DNA from: an uncultured Desulfobacter sp. | GTDB lineage: Bacteria > Desulfobacterota > Desulfobacteria > Desulfobacterales > Desulfobacteraceae | Direction: 5' to 3' | DNA: 64,000 bases | Assembly: GCA_963665095.1 (NCBI GenBank) | Contig: OY762069.1 | Coordinates: forward strand, 3,680,001-3,744,000 | Shown here: positions 49,271 through 60,599 of the stretch, in pieces | Position numbering within the stretch: position 1 is the first letter of the stretch | How the letters are laid out: every line of letters begins with the position of its first letter | Position numbers and translations under genes: made by a program | Notes under the pieces: generated by a model | The model's database searches: none | Seen by the model: the letters and a program-made list of their open reading frames with translations, nothing else | Told to the model about the DNA's origin: nothing

Positions 49271-49371
49271 AACATATTAATTATGACACGTTTCCCCGGG
49301 ACACAGTGGTGCTTGATTTCTCAAAAAAACCAAACGTTAACGCCTGAACAATTGCCTGTAGCCGGTCAGCC

Positions 49372-52300
49372 TTATGAAAGCGCCGGGTTGCCCGGGGTTT
49401 TCTTTTGAACCATGTAGTACAGCACCGGCACCGCCATCCTGGAGATCAGCAGGGAGGCGATCTCACCAAACATCAGTGAAATGGCAAGGCCCTGGAAGAT
49501 GGGGTCTGCCAGAATCACGGACGCGCCCACAACAACCGCCAATGCTGTCAGCAGCATGGGCCTGAACCGGATGGCTCCGGCTTCCACCACAGCTTCAGCA
49601 AGCGGCAGACCATGGCTTCGGCGCAGTTCAATAAAATCCACCAGAATAATGGAGTTTCTCACCACAATACCGGCGCCTGCCATAAATCCGATCATGGAGG
49701 TGGCGGTGAAAAAGGCCCCTAATGCCCAGTGGGCCGGCAGAATCCCGATTAAAGAAAACGGGATGGCCGCCATCACCACCAGCGGTGTGATATAATTTTT
49801 AAACCAGCCCACCATGAGCATATAAATCAGCACCATGACCACACAGAAGGCCAGGCCCAGATCCCGGAACACCTCCAGGGTAATGTGCCACTCTCCGTCC
49901 CATTTGATGGAAGGTTCGGCCTGATTGAACGGCTGTTTCAGGTTGTAAACGGTCACAAGGTCCTGGGAGCCGCCAAAATCCGTGGCTTTCAATCTTGCAA
50001 GTTCCTTATTCATCTCAAGGATGGGATACACAGGACTTTCTGCGGCGCCTGCCACATCTCCGGTCACGTAAACCACCGGTTTCAGGTTTTTCCGGTAGAT
50101 GGGCTGATCCACAGGCGCCCGGGTAAGGGTTACCAATTCCCGCAGCGGCGTCAGGGCTGATGCCGGATTCATGGGATTGCGCAGCCCGATATTAAGGATG
50201 GAGTCAATGCGTGCACGTTCCGCTTTGGGCAGCTGAAATATAATATCTATTTCCTCCTTGTCCCGGGGCTGGTGCAGCAGATCCGCAGACAATCCGGAAA
50301 GCCCCATGTTTACTGCCTGAGTGATATCGCCTTCGCTGATGCCGTGCAGGGCGGCTTTTTCCTTGTCCACCGTAATAATGGTCTTTTCGCGGTCCGCCTG
50401 CCGGTACCAGTCTATATCCACCACGCCATCTGTCTTGGCAAAAATCTCTTTGACCTTTCCGGCCAGAGCCAGGCGTGAGGCCTGGTTGGGACCGTACACC
50501 TCGGCAACCAGGGTCTGAAGGACCGGCGGCCCGGGAGGCACTTCGGCCACGGCAATGGTGGCCCCGTATTTTTTGGCTATGGCTGCCAGCGCCGGACGTA
50601 CCTTTTTGGCTATTTCATGGCTTTGCCGATCACGATCATGTTTGGGTGCCAGGTTCACCTGGATGTCTGCCACACTGGGCCCGGAACGCATAAAGTAATG
50701 GCGGACCAGACCGTTAAAATTGTACGGGGAGGCCGTACCCGCATAAATCTGATAATCTGTGACATCAGGCTCACGCCTGATCACCTGCGCCATCTCCATG
50801 GCCACCCGGGTGGTATTCTCCAGGGTCCCGCCTTCGGGCATGTCCAGAATCACCTGGAATTCCGACTTATTGTCAAAGGGCAGCATCTTCACCTTGACCA
50901 GGTTTAAGCCAACCATGGCACAGGAGCCTAAAAGCATGGCAATAATGATAATAAAAAACAGAATGCGCCAGCCGCCATGGGCCAGCAGCGGGTCCATGAT
51001 GCGATGGTAAAGCCGGGTAAACCAGTCATCCGGCGCATGGTCCGGATCGTGGCCCTTTTCCAGCACGGCATCGTCCCCGGACATCGCAGCCTGTTTACGC
51101 TTTAAAATATGGGTGGCAGCCCAGGGGGTGATGGTAAACGCGATGATCAGGGAAAAAACCATGGCTGCAGATGCACCCACCGGGATGGGGCGCATGTAAG
51201 GTCCCATGAGTCCGCCCACAAATGCCATGGGTAAAATCGCGGCAATAACTGCCCATGTAGCCAGAATCGTAGGATTACCCACTTCGCTCACCGCAATGAT
51301 GGCAATATCTTTGAATGAGCGGGAACGACTCTCCGGCAACCGCATGTGCCTGACAATATTTTCCACCACCACAATGGCATCGTCCACCAGAATACCGATG
51401 GAAAAAATCAGGGCAAACAGGGTAATACGGTTCAGGGTGTAGCCATATAAATAAAACAGAAGCAGGGTCAGGCCCAGGGTTGACGGAATGGCCAGCATGA
51501 CGATCATGGACTCCCGCCAGCCTAGAAAAAACAGGATAAGCAGGGCCACCCCGAACACGGCAATGCCCATGTGCAACAGCAGTTCATTGGATTTTTCAGC
51601 GGCGGTTTCCCCGTAATCCCGGGTCACAGAGACCGCCACATCGCCGGGGATCAGACTGCCTTTGAGCTGATCCACTTTGGTTAAGACCTTTTCCACCACG
51701 GCTACGGCATTGGCACCGGGCCGTTTGGCTACAGAAATGGTGACGGCCGCTTCAGGATCCAGGCGGTCAGAACTGCCAAACAATACATAAGATTGTGGCT
51801 CTTCGGGCCCGTCAACGATCTGGGCCACCTGGTGCAGGTAGACAGGATTGCCGCCAAAAACGCCAATAACGATATTGCCGATATCCTCGGCGGTTTCCAG
51901 GAAAGTGCCAGTCTGGATGAGTACCTCGCGGTTATTTGCCTGGGTGCTTCCTGAGCATGACTGGCGGTTTGCCTGCTTGAGGTGATTGATCAGATCAAAG
52001 GGAGTCAGGTTCCGGGCCGCCAGCTGCAGCGGATCAAACAGCACACGCACCTGACGGCGGGTACCGCCGATCAATTTGGTTTCAGAAACCTCAAAAATGG
52101 ATTTCACTTCATCATCCACCTGGGCAGCCAGCCGCCGCAGCATGAAATGATCATAATTTTTGGAATGAAAGGTCAACGCCAGAATCGGCACATCATCAAT
52201 GGTGTGCGGCTTGATCATGGGCATGGTCACCCCATGGGGTATCCGGTCAAAATTGGTCTGCAGTTTCTGGTTCAGCCGGACAATGGAAGATTCCAGATCC

Positions 52301-52632
52301 TGGCCCACATAGAAACGGACCACCAGCATGCTTTGACCTGGCATGGAGGTGGAGTAGATATACTCTACCCCGGGCAGTTCATAGAGCAGCTTTTCCATGG
52401 GGATGCTCAGGCGCTGTTCCACCTCTTTGGCACTGGCCCCTGGCATGGCCACCATGACATCGATCATGGGTACCTTGATCTGGGGTTCCTCTTCCCTGGG
52501 CAGCATGGTAATGGCCATGAACCCAAGCAGAAGCGAGGCAAAAATACCAATCAGTGTAAGTTTGGATTCAACAAAAGCCGCAGCCAGCCGGCCGGCAAAA
52601 CCCTGGTGTTCGGGAGCGTGTTGTTCGTTCAT
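49372..52632 (-). CDS. RND efflux permease (AcrB/AcrD/AcrF family)
   Basis: [21 protein letters not shown], 1086 aa. Confidence 0.95.
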   Translation of the reverse strand: MNEQHAPEHQGFAGRLAAAFVESKLTLIGIFASLLLGFMAITMLPREEEPQIKVPMIDVMVAMPGASAKEVEQRLSIPMEKLLYELPGVEYIYSTSMPGQSMLVVRFYVGQDLESSIVRLNQKLQTNFDRIPHGVTMPMIKPHTIDDVPILALTFHSKNYDHFMLRRLAAQVDDEVKSIFEVSETKLIGGTRRQVRVLFDPLQLAARNLTPFDLINHLKQANRQSCSGSTQANNREVLIQTGTFLETAEDIGNIVIGVFGGNPVYLHQVAQIVDGPEEPQSYVLFGSSDRLDPEAAVTISVAKRPGANAVAVVEKVLTKVDQLKGSLIPGDVAVSVTRDYGETAAEKSNELLLHMGIAVFGVALLILFFLGWRESMIVMLAIPSTLGLTLLLFYLYGYTLNRITLFALIFSIGILVDDAIVVVENIVRHMRLPESRSRSFKDIAIIAVSEVGNPTILATWAVIAAILPMAFVGGLMGPYMRPIPVGASAAMVFSLIIAFTITPWAATHILKRKQAAMSGDDAVLEKGHDPDHAPDDWFTRLYHRIMDPLLAHGGWRILFFIIIIAMLLGSCAMVGLNLVKVKMLPFDNKSEFQVILDMPEGGTLENTTRVAMEMAQVIRREPDVTDYQIYAGTASPYNFNGLVRHYFMRSGPSVADIQVNLAPKHDRDRQSHEIAKKVRPALAAIAKKYGATIAVAEVPPGPPVLQTLVAEVYGPNQASRLALAGKVKEIFAKTDGVVDIDWYRQADREKTIITVDKEKAALHGISEGDITQAVNMGLSGLSADLLHQPRDKEEIDIIFQLPKAERARIDSILNIGLRNPMNPASALTPLRELVTLTRAPVDQPIYRKNLKPVVYVTGDVAGAAESPVYPILEMNKELARLKATDFGGSQDLVTVYNLKQPFNQAEPSIKWDGEWHITLEVFRDLGLAFCVVMVLIYMLMVGWFKNYITPLVVMAAIPFSLIGILPAHWALGAFFTATSMIGFMAGAGIVVRNSIILVDFIELRRSHGLPLAEAVVEAGAIRFRPMLLTALAVVVGASVILADPIFQGLAISLMFGEIASLLISRMAVPVLYYMVQKKTPGNPALS

Positions 52633-52641
52633 GAAAGTTCT

Positions 52642-53694
52642 CTATTCCGTTTTTATGGGCTGTCCGTCCATGAGATGTTCATTGTTTTGGGAAATCACTG
52701 TTTCTCCGGGATCAAGACCTGAAACAATTTCCGTCAGTCCGTTCTGGCGCATGCCGGTCCGCACCAGGCGAAGATGTGCTTTGTTGTCTGCGGCCACAAA
52801 GACCCGTTCCATCTGTCCTTTAGGCTGTACGGTGCCGTCGGGCACAAACAGGGAGATCTTGGCCTGTCCGGGCAGCTTGACCCGGGAAAACTGTCCGGTG
52901 CGCAGTTTATCGTTGTAGGCCAGATCAATGGTGACCGGTGCGGACCGGGTAACGGGATCTGCCGAAGGGGCGATTTCGGCCACCTTGCCGTCAATGGTGA
53001 GACCGGCCGTGGGGATCGTCACCGTCAACGTCTGTCCCGGATGGACCTGAAGCACCAGACTTTCGGGCACAGCACATACCGCCTGCAGCTTCTGGTCATT
53101 TTCCATGCGCAGCAGCACTGTTCCGGGCGTGGCAAGATCCCCCACATGGACATTTTTCCGGGTGATCACACCGGAAAAAGGTGCGGTGATGGTGGCATAA
53201 CCGAGCATGGTCCGGGCTTCCTGAACAGCTGCTTTAGCAAGGTCATACTGATCCTGCATGGATTTGACGGTTTCAGCCGTGGTGGCATTTTTCCTGAGAA
53301 GCTTTTCCTCACGATTCAGATTTCGCTCGGCCTGCTTGAACCGTGCCTGGGCCTGATTGAGCTGGGCCGCAATTTCACGGGCACTGATTTTAAGCAGCAG
53401 GTCGCCTTTTGCGACACGGGAGCCAAGAACCACGGGAACATCCGTCACGGATCCGGTTACTTTGGCAGCAATGGATGCACGCTCAACCGCCTGCAGGGTT
53501 CCCACCACCTCAACAAGGGTGGGCACGGTCTGCTCAATTACAGTGGAAGTTTTCACCGCTGCCACAGGCGGTGCAGCAGACGACTCCTGGGCGTTGGCAC
53601 CTGCACCCGGTACCAGAATCATCACCCCAAAAAACATAAGAAGTGTACGAAATTTCATTGTGATATCCATTACCTTAAAAATGTTATTATTCAT
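52642..53694 (-). CDS. RND periplasmic adaptor (membrane fusion protein)
   Basis: Lipoyl halves VAKGDLL / ITAPFSGVI, coiled hairpin. Confidence 0.92.
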   Translation of the reverse strand: MNNNIFKVMDITMKFRTLLMFFGVMILVPGAGANAQESSAAPPVAAVKTSTVIEQTVPTLVEVVGTLQAVERASIAAKVTGSVTDVPVVLGSRVAKGDLLLKISAREIAAQLNQAQARFKQAERNLNREEKLLRKNATTAETVKSMQDQYDLAKAAVQEARTMLGYATITAPFSGVITRKNVHVGDLATPGTVLLRMENDQKLQAVCAVPESLVLQVHPGQTLTVTIPTAGLTIDGKVAEIAPSADPVTRSAPVTIDLAYNDKLRTGQFSRVKLPGQAKISLFVPDGTVQPKGQMERVFVAADNKAHLRLVRTGMRQNGLTEIVSGLDPGETVISQNNEHLMDGQPIKTE

Positions 53695-55063
53695 CCGCGT
53701 ATTGCAGTAATCCGCAGGCCCGTCTTAAATTGGCAACCGCGATGCGCTGTTCCGCATTGGCCAGTGCATGGCGGACCTGGGCTTCTGTCAGTCGGTTTTC
53801 CGTATCAATCAGTTCGGAAGAAAGTACCAGACCTGCTTTGAACCGCTCCCGGAAAAGGCGGGCAGATGCCCGGGCAGATGCCATCATTTTTTCAGTCACC
53901 TGGCACCGCTTCTCCGCCTGATCAAGGTTCAGTACTGCCTGCCGGATCTCCAGTTCATAGCCCAGCTCCATTTTCCGAAGTTCATCCTTAGCCTGGGCCA
54001 GCGCAATGTTTGCCTGCCGGACCCGGGCGGCTGTCTGTTTACCGTCAAACAGGGTCATGTTAACACGCAGGCCGGCCATCCAGGAGTCGCCGGATTCGCT
54101 GCCCATCTCAAAACCCTTGTCCACCTGCCATGATCCAAAGGCATCGGCCGTGGGGTAATATCCACCCCTGGCCTGGCGAACTGCAGCCTGCCTTGCCTGA
54201 ATCAAAAACTGCATGGCCTTGATTTCCGATCTATTCTTAAAACCAGGCACAGTGGGGGCAGCCTGTAACGGGGTCTGCTCCAGGTTGATCTCCACCTGGT
54301 TTCCGGTCAGTCCCAGCACATTTAAAAGGCTTTGTTTTGTCAGAGCAAGCCCGTGCTGGGCCTGGATCAGATTCTCACTGGCAAGGGACTGCTCCACCTC
54401 CAGGTTCAGCAGCTCCTGTTTTAGCAAATCCCCCTCTTCAAACCGCGCCCTGGCAGACTGAATCGATGCGTCAATGGCCTGGACCGCCGCCTCTCTGGCG
54501 CTGACATTTTTCTGGGCCTGGACAATGGTAAAAAAAGATTTTACCACAGCAAACCCCAGGCTGCTTTTCACGGCGTCCCCCTGAAGTACGGCAGCTTTTT
54601 TTTGAGCGTTGGCCGCATCTACGCCGGCCTGGTTTCGCCCGCCGTTATAAAGTCGGTACGTCAGCTGGATCATAAACTGAAGATCGTCTGTCTCTCCTGG
54701 ATCATTAAAGTCAATGCTGCTGGAAAAGACGCCCTGGTTAAGAATATTGCCAAATGAGTACATAGGGTTGTTGGTGCGAGAATACCCTGCCTGAACCCCT
54801 AATTGGGGATAAAAAGCCGCGTTTGCCTGCTTGATGGCGACTGCGGAGGAAGCAATGCGTTTCAATGCGATCTGTGCATCCGGATTGTTCTGCAGGGCAA
54901 ACCGGACCGCATCAGGACCTGTCCACACATCAGGTACTGGCTCCCGGGCCAAGACTGAAGGGCCATGCAGCAACCCACAGCACAAAATAACGGCCATGGT
55001 CGTACGTGCAGCCGCCCTGCCCAACCATTCATCTATTTTTAGATTTTTAAAAATCCGACTCAT
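53687..55063 (-). CDS. TolC-family outer membrane efflux protein
   Basis: ALQNNP, AAFYPQL and GGYYPTA OEP repeats. First gene of the RND operon. Confidence 0.9.
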   Translation of the reverse strand: MSRIFKNLKIDEWLGRAAARTTMAVILCCGLLHGPSVLAREPVPDVWTGPDAVRFALQNNPDAQIALKRIASSAVAIKQANAAFYPQLGVQAGYSRTNNPMYSFGNILNQGVFSSSIDFNDPGETDDLQFMIQLTYRLYNGGRNQAGVDAANAQKKAAVLQGDAVKSSLGFAVVKSFFTIVQAQKNVSAREAAVQAIDASIQSARARFEEGDLLKQELLNLEVEQSLASENLIQAQHGLALTKQSLLNVLGLTGNQVEINLEQTPLQAAPTVPGFKNRSEIKAMQFLIQARQAAVRQARGGYYPTADAFGSWQVDKGFEMGSESGDSWMAGLRVNMTLFDGKQTAARVRQANIALAQAKDELRKMELGYELEIRQAVLNLDQAEKRCQVTEKMMASARASARLFRERFKAGLVLSSELIDTENRLTEAQVRHALANAEQRIAVANLRRACGLLQYADE

Positions 55064-55656
55064 ATGTTACCGCCTGAATTACCTTTCCTATGTTATTTTG
55101 ATGGTCTCAGAGACTGGAAAAAAGCCGTGTAAGACCCCATTTGTTTTTTACGGACTCTTTGTATATTGCTTTAAGCAGATACTATACCATAGCACTTAAT
55201 CATAACCAGTTTTAATCTGCTTTCCTGAAAAGGGCATTTTTAACCTGTTAAATTTTAAATATAAAAGGCACACGACCGCCAATGCCCAGATTTTCTAATT
55301 CCAAAACCGCAAAGAAGGAAAACATCTTTATCTGAAATCCTATTGAACCACATGAGACAAGAAAACACTTATGTATCATCTAAATCTGTTTCACAGGAAA
55401 TTCCAGGCAATTGCCCGTGTCACCATATGCGCTTTTTTGCCAACCGACACCTAAAAATTTCAAATTTGAATACGCGATTTATACATACCTTACCCGAAAG
55501 CGATTCAAAACGGGAGAAAAAACTTGAGAAAGTGGCATGGTTATTATACTCAGACCAGGCAGCGGCACATCGACCATATACCTTGACACGGCATCTTTGA
55601 TTTGCCATAGGATTGCACTTTATATTTGAACCCAATAAGCAGAATGGGGCAGGATT

Positions 55657-56217
55657 ATGAAAAAAATATGCGTTTATTGCGGATCCAGCAGTGGAGAAAG
55701 GCCTGAATACAGACAGGCGGCAAAGGCGTTGGGCCAAGCCATGGGGGAAAGGGGTATAGACCTTGTTTACGGCGGGGCTGCCATCGGCATCATGGGGCAA
55801 ATTGCCGACACAGTTCTGGGAAACGGCGGTAAAGTGACCGGCGTTATCCCAACGTCGCTCGTAAACCGGGAAATCAGCCACCAGGGGTTGACGGAACTTG
55901 TTGTGGTGGACTCCATGCATGAAAGAAAATCTCTGATGGCGGAACTGTCTGACGGGTTCATCGCCCTTCCCGGCGGTATCGGCACCCTGGAAGAGATATT
56001 TGAAGTGCTGACCTGGGCCCAGCTTGGGTTTCATGAAAAGCCATGTGCTCTTCTCAATGTGGCAGGATACTATGACCATCTGGCATCTTTTTTAACCCAT
56101 GCCTTTGACCAGGGGTTTATCAAAAAAGCGACCCGGGCAAAGCTGATGATCCAAAAAGATCCTGCGCTCCTGCTTGACCTGTTTGAAGATTATCAGGTAC
56201 CCTTGAAGCAGGAATAA
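55657..56217 (+). CDS. LOG-family nucleotide phosphoribohydrolase (TIGR00730-like)
   Basis: VYCGSS, LVYGG, MHERK, PGGIGTLEE. Confidence 0.93.
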   Translation: MKKICVYCGSSSGERPEYRQAAKALGQAMGERGIDLVYGGAAIGIMGQIADTVLGNGGKVTGVIPTSLVNREISHQGLTELVVVDSMHERKSLMAELSDGFIALPGGIGTLEEIFEVLTWAQLGFHEKPCALLNVAGYYDHLASFLTHAFDQGFIKKATRAKLMIQKDPALLLDLFEDYQVPLKQE

Positions 56218-56278
56218 TTTTGGCCGGAACTCCAACAATAATCCTGATTTCCGGCCGGACACGGAACAGGAGTATCCC

Positions 56279-57145
56279 ATGAAAAAATGGCGGATTGTCT
56301 TAATTCTTTTCATTTGCTGTACCTTCTGCAGCCAGGCCCTGGCTGCCTCGCCGATCTGGCAAATTACCAGCGGGCGATACAAAATTTATATCGGCGGCAC
56401 CATCCATGTTCTGGCTGAAGCCGACTTTCCGTTACCCAGGGTTTTTGACAGGGCTTACAAAAAAGCAGATATCCTTGTCTTTGAAACAGATATCGGAAAA
56501 ACAGCAGCACCTGAATTTTCATCACAGGTCATGGAATTAATGACATACCCGGGCCAGACCACCCTGAAATCAAAATTGTCTGCAGGGACCTATGCCGACC
56601 TCACCGCTTTTTCAACGGAACGAGGGCTTGAGGTTCACGCGTTAAACAAATTCAAGCCCGGTATGATCATGGCGGTACTGACACTGGCCGAGGGTGCCCG
56701 GGCAGGGGCTGTGGCTGCTGGTGTGGATGAGCGCTTTTATATCCAGGGACAAAAAGATAACAAGCCTATGCAGTTTCTTGAAGCGCCCATGGCCCAGATC
56801 AGTTTTCTGTCACAAATCGGTATCGGAAAGGAAGACGAGATGATTGCTTATATTCTTAAGGATATAGGATCGCTGAAAGACCTTCTGCCGGTGATGAAAA
56901 AAGCGTGGCGCACTGGAAACAATAAATTGATGTTTGATGCGACCCTGGCCCCTTTGAAGGCTGAATATCCTGATCTCTACGCCACCATGATGGTTGACCG
57001 GAATCTTGCATGGCTGCCTGCCATAGAAAAGATGCTGAAAACACCGGAAACCGAATTCATCCTGGTGGGTGCAGCCCATCTGGCCGGAGACCAGGGGTTG
57101 ATCCGGCTGCTGAAGCAAAAAGGTTTTCGGGTTAAGAACTGGTAA
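56279..57145 (+). CDS. TraB/GumN-family exported protein
   Basis: Signal peptide, GTIH, GVD, DRNLAW, VGAAHL. Confidence 0.9.
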   Translation: MKKWRIVLILFICCTFCSQALAASPIWQITSGRYKIYIGGTIHVLAEADFPLPRVFDRAYKKADILVFETDIGKTAAPEFSSQVMELMTYPGQTTLKSKLSAGTYADLTAFSTERGLEVHALNKFKPGMIMAVLTLAEGARAGAVAAGVDERFYIQGQKDNKPMQFLEAPMAQISFLSQIGIGKEDEMIAYILKDIGSLKDLLPVMKKAWRTGNNKLMFDATLAPLKAEYPDLYATMMVDRNLAWLPAIEKMLKTPETEFILVGAAHLAGDQGLIRLLKQKGFRVKNW

Positions 57146-57328
57146 CTCAGCCCTTTCCTCCTTTACCGGCCGCATCTGCCATTCCTTCAGTACCCGGCAT
57201 GTGCAAGGTGCAGTAAAATCAGGATGTCAGTCCCTTCCCTTTCCGTCCGACTGATTAAAAGATAAACCGGAAAGACAGGCATCTGCTGGTTGATCTATTT
57301 ATCCCCATCGTCCCTGACCCAATAATTT

Positions 57329-59107
57329 TTAAAGCTTCCGGGTTTTTCTTTCAAGCCAGGTCCGGATTTCGCTGTTAAGTCCTGGGGTAAGCTTATTGAA
57401 AACTGTCTGGTGATAATTGTTGAGCCACAGCAATTCCTCCTGGCTGAGCAGGGTGTTATCGATCAGATTTCGTTCAAAATGGCAGAAGGTCATATTCTCA
57501 AATTTTAAAAACCGCCCGAACTCAGTTTCCGTGTCTTCGACCACCAGGATCTGATTCTCAAGCCGGATGCCGTATTGCCCTTCCCGGTAGAGGCCTGGCT
57601 CATTGGTCAGCAGCATGCCGGGTTTCAGGACCTGGTCCACGGGCATGGTACTCAGTCGGGCCGGACCTTCGTGCACGCACAGGAAAAAGCCCACCCCGTG
57701 GCCGGTGCCGTGCCCAAAATCCATGCCCTGCTGCCACAGAAGCCGGCGGGCCATGGCATCAATCTGATACCCCCGGGCCGTGGATGGAAACCGGGCCGTG
57801 GCCACGGCAATATGGGCTTTAAGGACCAGGGTATAATCCTGAATTTCCTGTTGTGACGGTTTTCCCAAATGAACGGTTCGGGTGATGTCTGTGGTACCGG
57901 TAAGATAATTACCGCCGGAGTCTGTGAGAAACATGGCATCCGGGGTGATGGGCAGGTCGGTTTCTGGGGTAGCGCTGTAGTGACAGATGGCCGAATGCTC
58001 CCGAAACGCCATGATGGAATCAAAGGAGGGATGGATAAACTCTTCCTGGGCTTTGCGGCACCCCAGAAGCCTGTTAGCTGCTGAAATTTCTGTTTTGGGA
58101 TCCCGGCTGGCACAAAGCCAGTGCAGAAAATTCACCACAGCCCGGCCGTCTTTTACAGCCGTATCCCTGATATGGGATATCTCCACATTATTTTTAACGC
58201 ATTTAAAGCCTTGGGCGAAATTTTCAACCTCAATGACTTTAGCCTCTTTGCCGGCCTGGTCGTATACAAAGTCACTGACCTTTTCAGGATCAAGCAGGAT
58301 GGTGTTGTCTGAAGCAAAATTGTTGAGATCGGCATAAAACTGAGCATAAGGAATTAGCGAAATACCGTCTGCCTCAAGGGCCTTTGAAAGTGTATCAGAC
58401 AGTTTGGCCGGATCGATATAAAGCCTGGCATTGCCCATGCCAATCATAGCAAAGGCGATATTCACCGGATTGGTATGGATATCTGCCCCGCGCAGGTTAA
58501 AGGTCCAGGCAATATCATCCAGGGCTGCCATTAAATGCCAGTCCGCCTTGAACCCGGCCATCTTCTCCCGGATGCGGTCAAATTTCTGTGCCCGGGTCTG
58601 GCCGGCATAGACCGGATCCAGTTCAAATGCCTGCGTCAAAGGCATCTCCGGCCGGTCTTGCCACAGGTCTGATATCAAATCTTGCGATGTATCCAGGATG
58701 ATGCCCCCAGGCTCAAACAGTTTTTTCAACCCCTTAACCTGAGACGCGGAGACCATCTTTCCGTCCAGGGACACTATTGCCCCGGCAGGCAGTGTCTTTG
58801 CAAGCCACTTGTCAAAAAAGGGCACATCCTTGTCCCCCTGTCGGCACAGATCAAACCCGTCCAGTTGGGAGGCAGCCTGGATCCAGTAACGGAAATCCGT
58901 CCACATAAAGGCCTGATTTTTTGTCACCACAGCCGTCCCTGCAGACCCGGTAAATCCGGTCAGCCACTTTAACGCCTGCCAGTGACCGGCCAGGTATTCA
59001 CTTTGATGGGGATCGGCATTGGGAACAATTACTGCGTTGACCCCGGCCTTGTCCATAGCCCTTCTCAGGGCACTAAGTTTGTCCAGTGCTTTCAATTGAT
59101 TATTCAC
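57329..59107 (-). CDS. Xaa-Pro aminopeptidase (M24B)
   Basis: DPHQSEY, TGFTGSAG, DSGG, TTDITRT, HGTGHGVG, VHEGP, NEPG, GIRLEN. Confidence 0.95.
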   Translation of the reverse strand: MNNQLKALDKLSALRRAMDKAGVNAVIVPNADPHQSEYLAGHWQALKWLTGFTGSAGTAVVTKNQAFMWTDFRYWIQAASQLDGFDLCRQGDKDVPFFDKWLAKTLPAGAIVSLDGKMVSASQVKGLKKLFEPGGIILDTSQDLISDLWQDRPEMPLTQAFELDPVYAGQTRAQKFDRIREKMAGFKADWHLMAALDDIAWTFNLRGADIHTNPVNIAFAMIGMGNARLYIDPAKLSDTLSKALEADGISLIPYAQFYADLNNFASDNTILLDPEKVSDFVYDQAGKEAKVIEVENFAQGFKCVKNNVEISHIRDTAVKDGRAVVNFLHWLCASRDPKTEISAANRLLGCRKAQEEFIHPSFDSIMAFREHSAICHYSATPETDLPITPDAMFLTDSGGNYLTGTTDITRTVHLGKPSQQEIQDYTLVLKAHIAVATARFPSTARGYQIDAMARRLLWQQGMDFGHGTGHGVGFFLCVHEGPARLSTMPVDQVLKPGMLLTNEPGLYREGQYGIRLENQILVVEDTETEFGRFLKFENMTFCHFERNLIDNTLLSQEELLWLNNYHQTVFNKLTPGLNSEIRTWLERKTRKL

Positions 59108-59296
59108 ATCCTATATATAGTGATAATTTTTTTGTCTGATTTTATCTGAACATACTGCGGACAGAAGAAAAAAGCCACCTGGAACCTCCCTTTTTTTTGG
59201 GCTTGAAATGTATGTAAGGATTCCCTATTATTGTGCATTCACAACAGAGAGTGGAGAGTTGTCCAATCTTTTAAACTGTTTTTAAGGGAGAAAAGA

Positions 59297-60415
59297 ATGA
59301 AAACTGTTTTCAAATCATTATTAGTTGCAATGGCAGGCGCAGCCCTGTTCGCAGTACCCGGTTTTGCCCAGGACACAATCAAAGTAGGGTATGCCGGTGC
59401 TATTTCCGGAGACCTTGCCCCCTATGGCATCTCTGCACTTCGCGGCGCTGAAATGGCCGTGGAAGACATTAATGCCGCCGGTGGCGTGATTGGCAAAAAG
59501 TTTGAGCTGCTCAAAGGGGATGATGTATGCAAACCTGAAGTGGCTGTTAATGTGGCCACAAAGCTCGTATCAGACGGAGCCCAGATGATCATGGGCCATA
59601 TTTGCTCCGGCTGCACTATTGCTGCCAATAAAATCTACAAGGACGCCAATATTCTTGTTGTATCCGCCTCATCCACATCCGACCCCCTCACGCTGAGCGG
59701 TGAATACCCCAACTTCTTCAGGACCATCTCTTACGACGGTGCCCAGGCAGACCTGATGACCTCTTTTATTAAAAATTCTCTTAAAGCCAAAAAAGTGGCC
59801 ATTATCCATGATAAAGGCGATTACGGCAAAGGCCAGGCAGAACTCGCCAAGGCCGCTTTTGAAAAAATGGGCGGGGTTGAAATTGTCCTGTTTGAAGGCG
59901 TCACCACAGGTGCGGTGGATTTTTCCGCCATTGTTCAGAAAATCAAACGCTCCAAGGCTGAAGTAACCCTGTGGGGCGGATACCATTCAGATGCATCCAA
60001 AATTATCCAGCGAATCAAAAAGAAAAAAGTGGATACCATTTTCTTTGGCGGTGACGGCATCTATGGCGATAACCTGACCTCCCTGGCCGGCGAATATGCT
60101 GAAGGCGTATATGCAACAGGTCCCAATGATACCTCCTCCAATAAAATGCATATCAAGCTGACCAAAGAACATCAGGCCAAATACGGTGAAGGCCCGGGGA
60201 CTTTCTTCTTTACCGGGTATGCTGCTGTCCAGGCCATGGCTGCTGCTGTGGAAAAGGCAGGCACCATGGATTACACTAAAGTTTCAGAAGCCATGCATAA
60301 AATTAAAGTTGACTCACCTTTGGGTCCCATTGGATTTGATAAAAACGGTGATGTGATTGGTGCAGGATTTTCCGTATACAAAGTCGAAAATGGAAAATAC
60401 GTCCAGGTCAATTAG
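59297..60415 (+). CDS. livK: Branched-chain amino acid ABC transporter substrate-binding protein
   Basis: Signal peptide, GHICSG, FFRT, DYGKG. First gene of the liv operon. Confidence 0.9.
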   Translation: MKTVFKSLLVAMAGAALFAVPGFAQDTIKVGYAGAISGDLAPYGISALRGAEMAVEDINAAGGVIGKKFELLKGDDVCKPEVAVNVATKLVSDGAQMIMGHICSGCTIAANKIYKDANILVVSASSTSDPLTLSGEYPNFFRTISYDGAQADLMTSFIKNSLKAKKVAIIHDKGDYGKGQAELAKAAFEKMGGVEIVLFEGVTTGAVDFSAIVQKIKRSKAEVTLWGGYHSDASKIIQRIKKKKVDTIFFGGDGIYGDNLTSLAGEYAEGVYATGPNDTSSNKMHIKLTKEHQAKYGEGPGTFFFTGYAAVQAMAAAVEKAGTMDYTKVSEAMHKIKVDSPLGPIGFDKNGDVIGAGFSVYKVENGKYVQVN

Positions 60416-60491
60416 TCTTCGGCAGACAGGCGTTGATTCATTCGGGGCCTGTCGCCGACTATTTGTATTATAAATAGTATCGAACCAGAAT

Positions 60492-60532
60492 AAAACAGGA
60501 GCGTTGTATTGATATATAAACGCTCCTGTTTT
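60492..60532. terminator. Strong hairpin between livK and livH
   Basis: AAAACAGGAGCGTT / AACGCTCCTGTTTT, a 14-bp perfect stem with T-runs on both strands. Confidence 0.7.
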
Positions 60533-60599
60533 TCACTATATAGACAGAATCTTTTAATTTTATTTTTATTAAGATTCCGGGAGTTTTAAATAAATTCAT

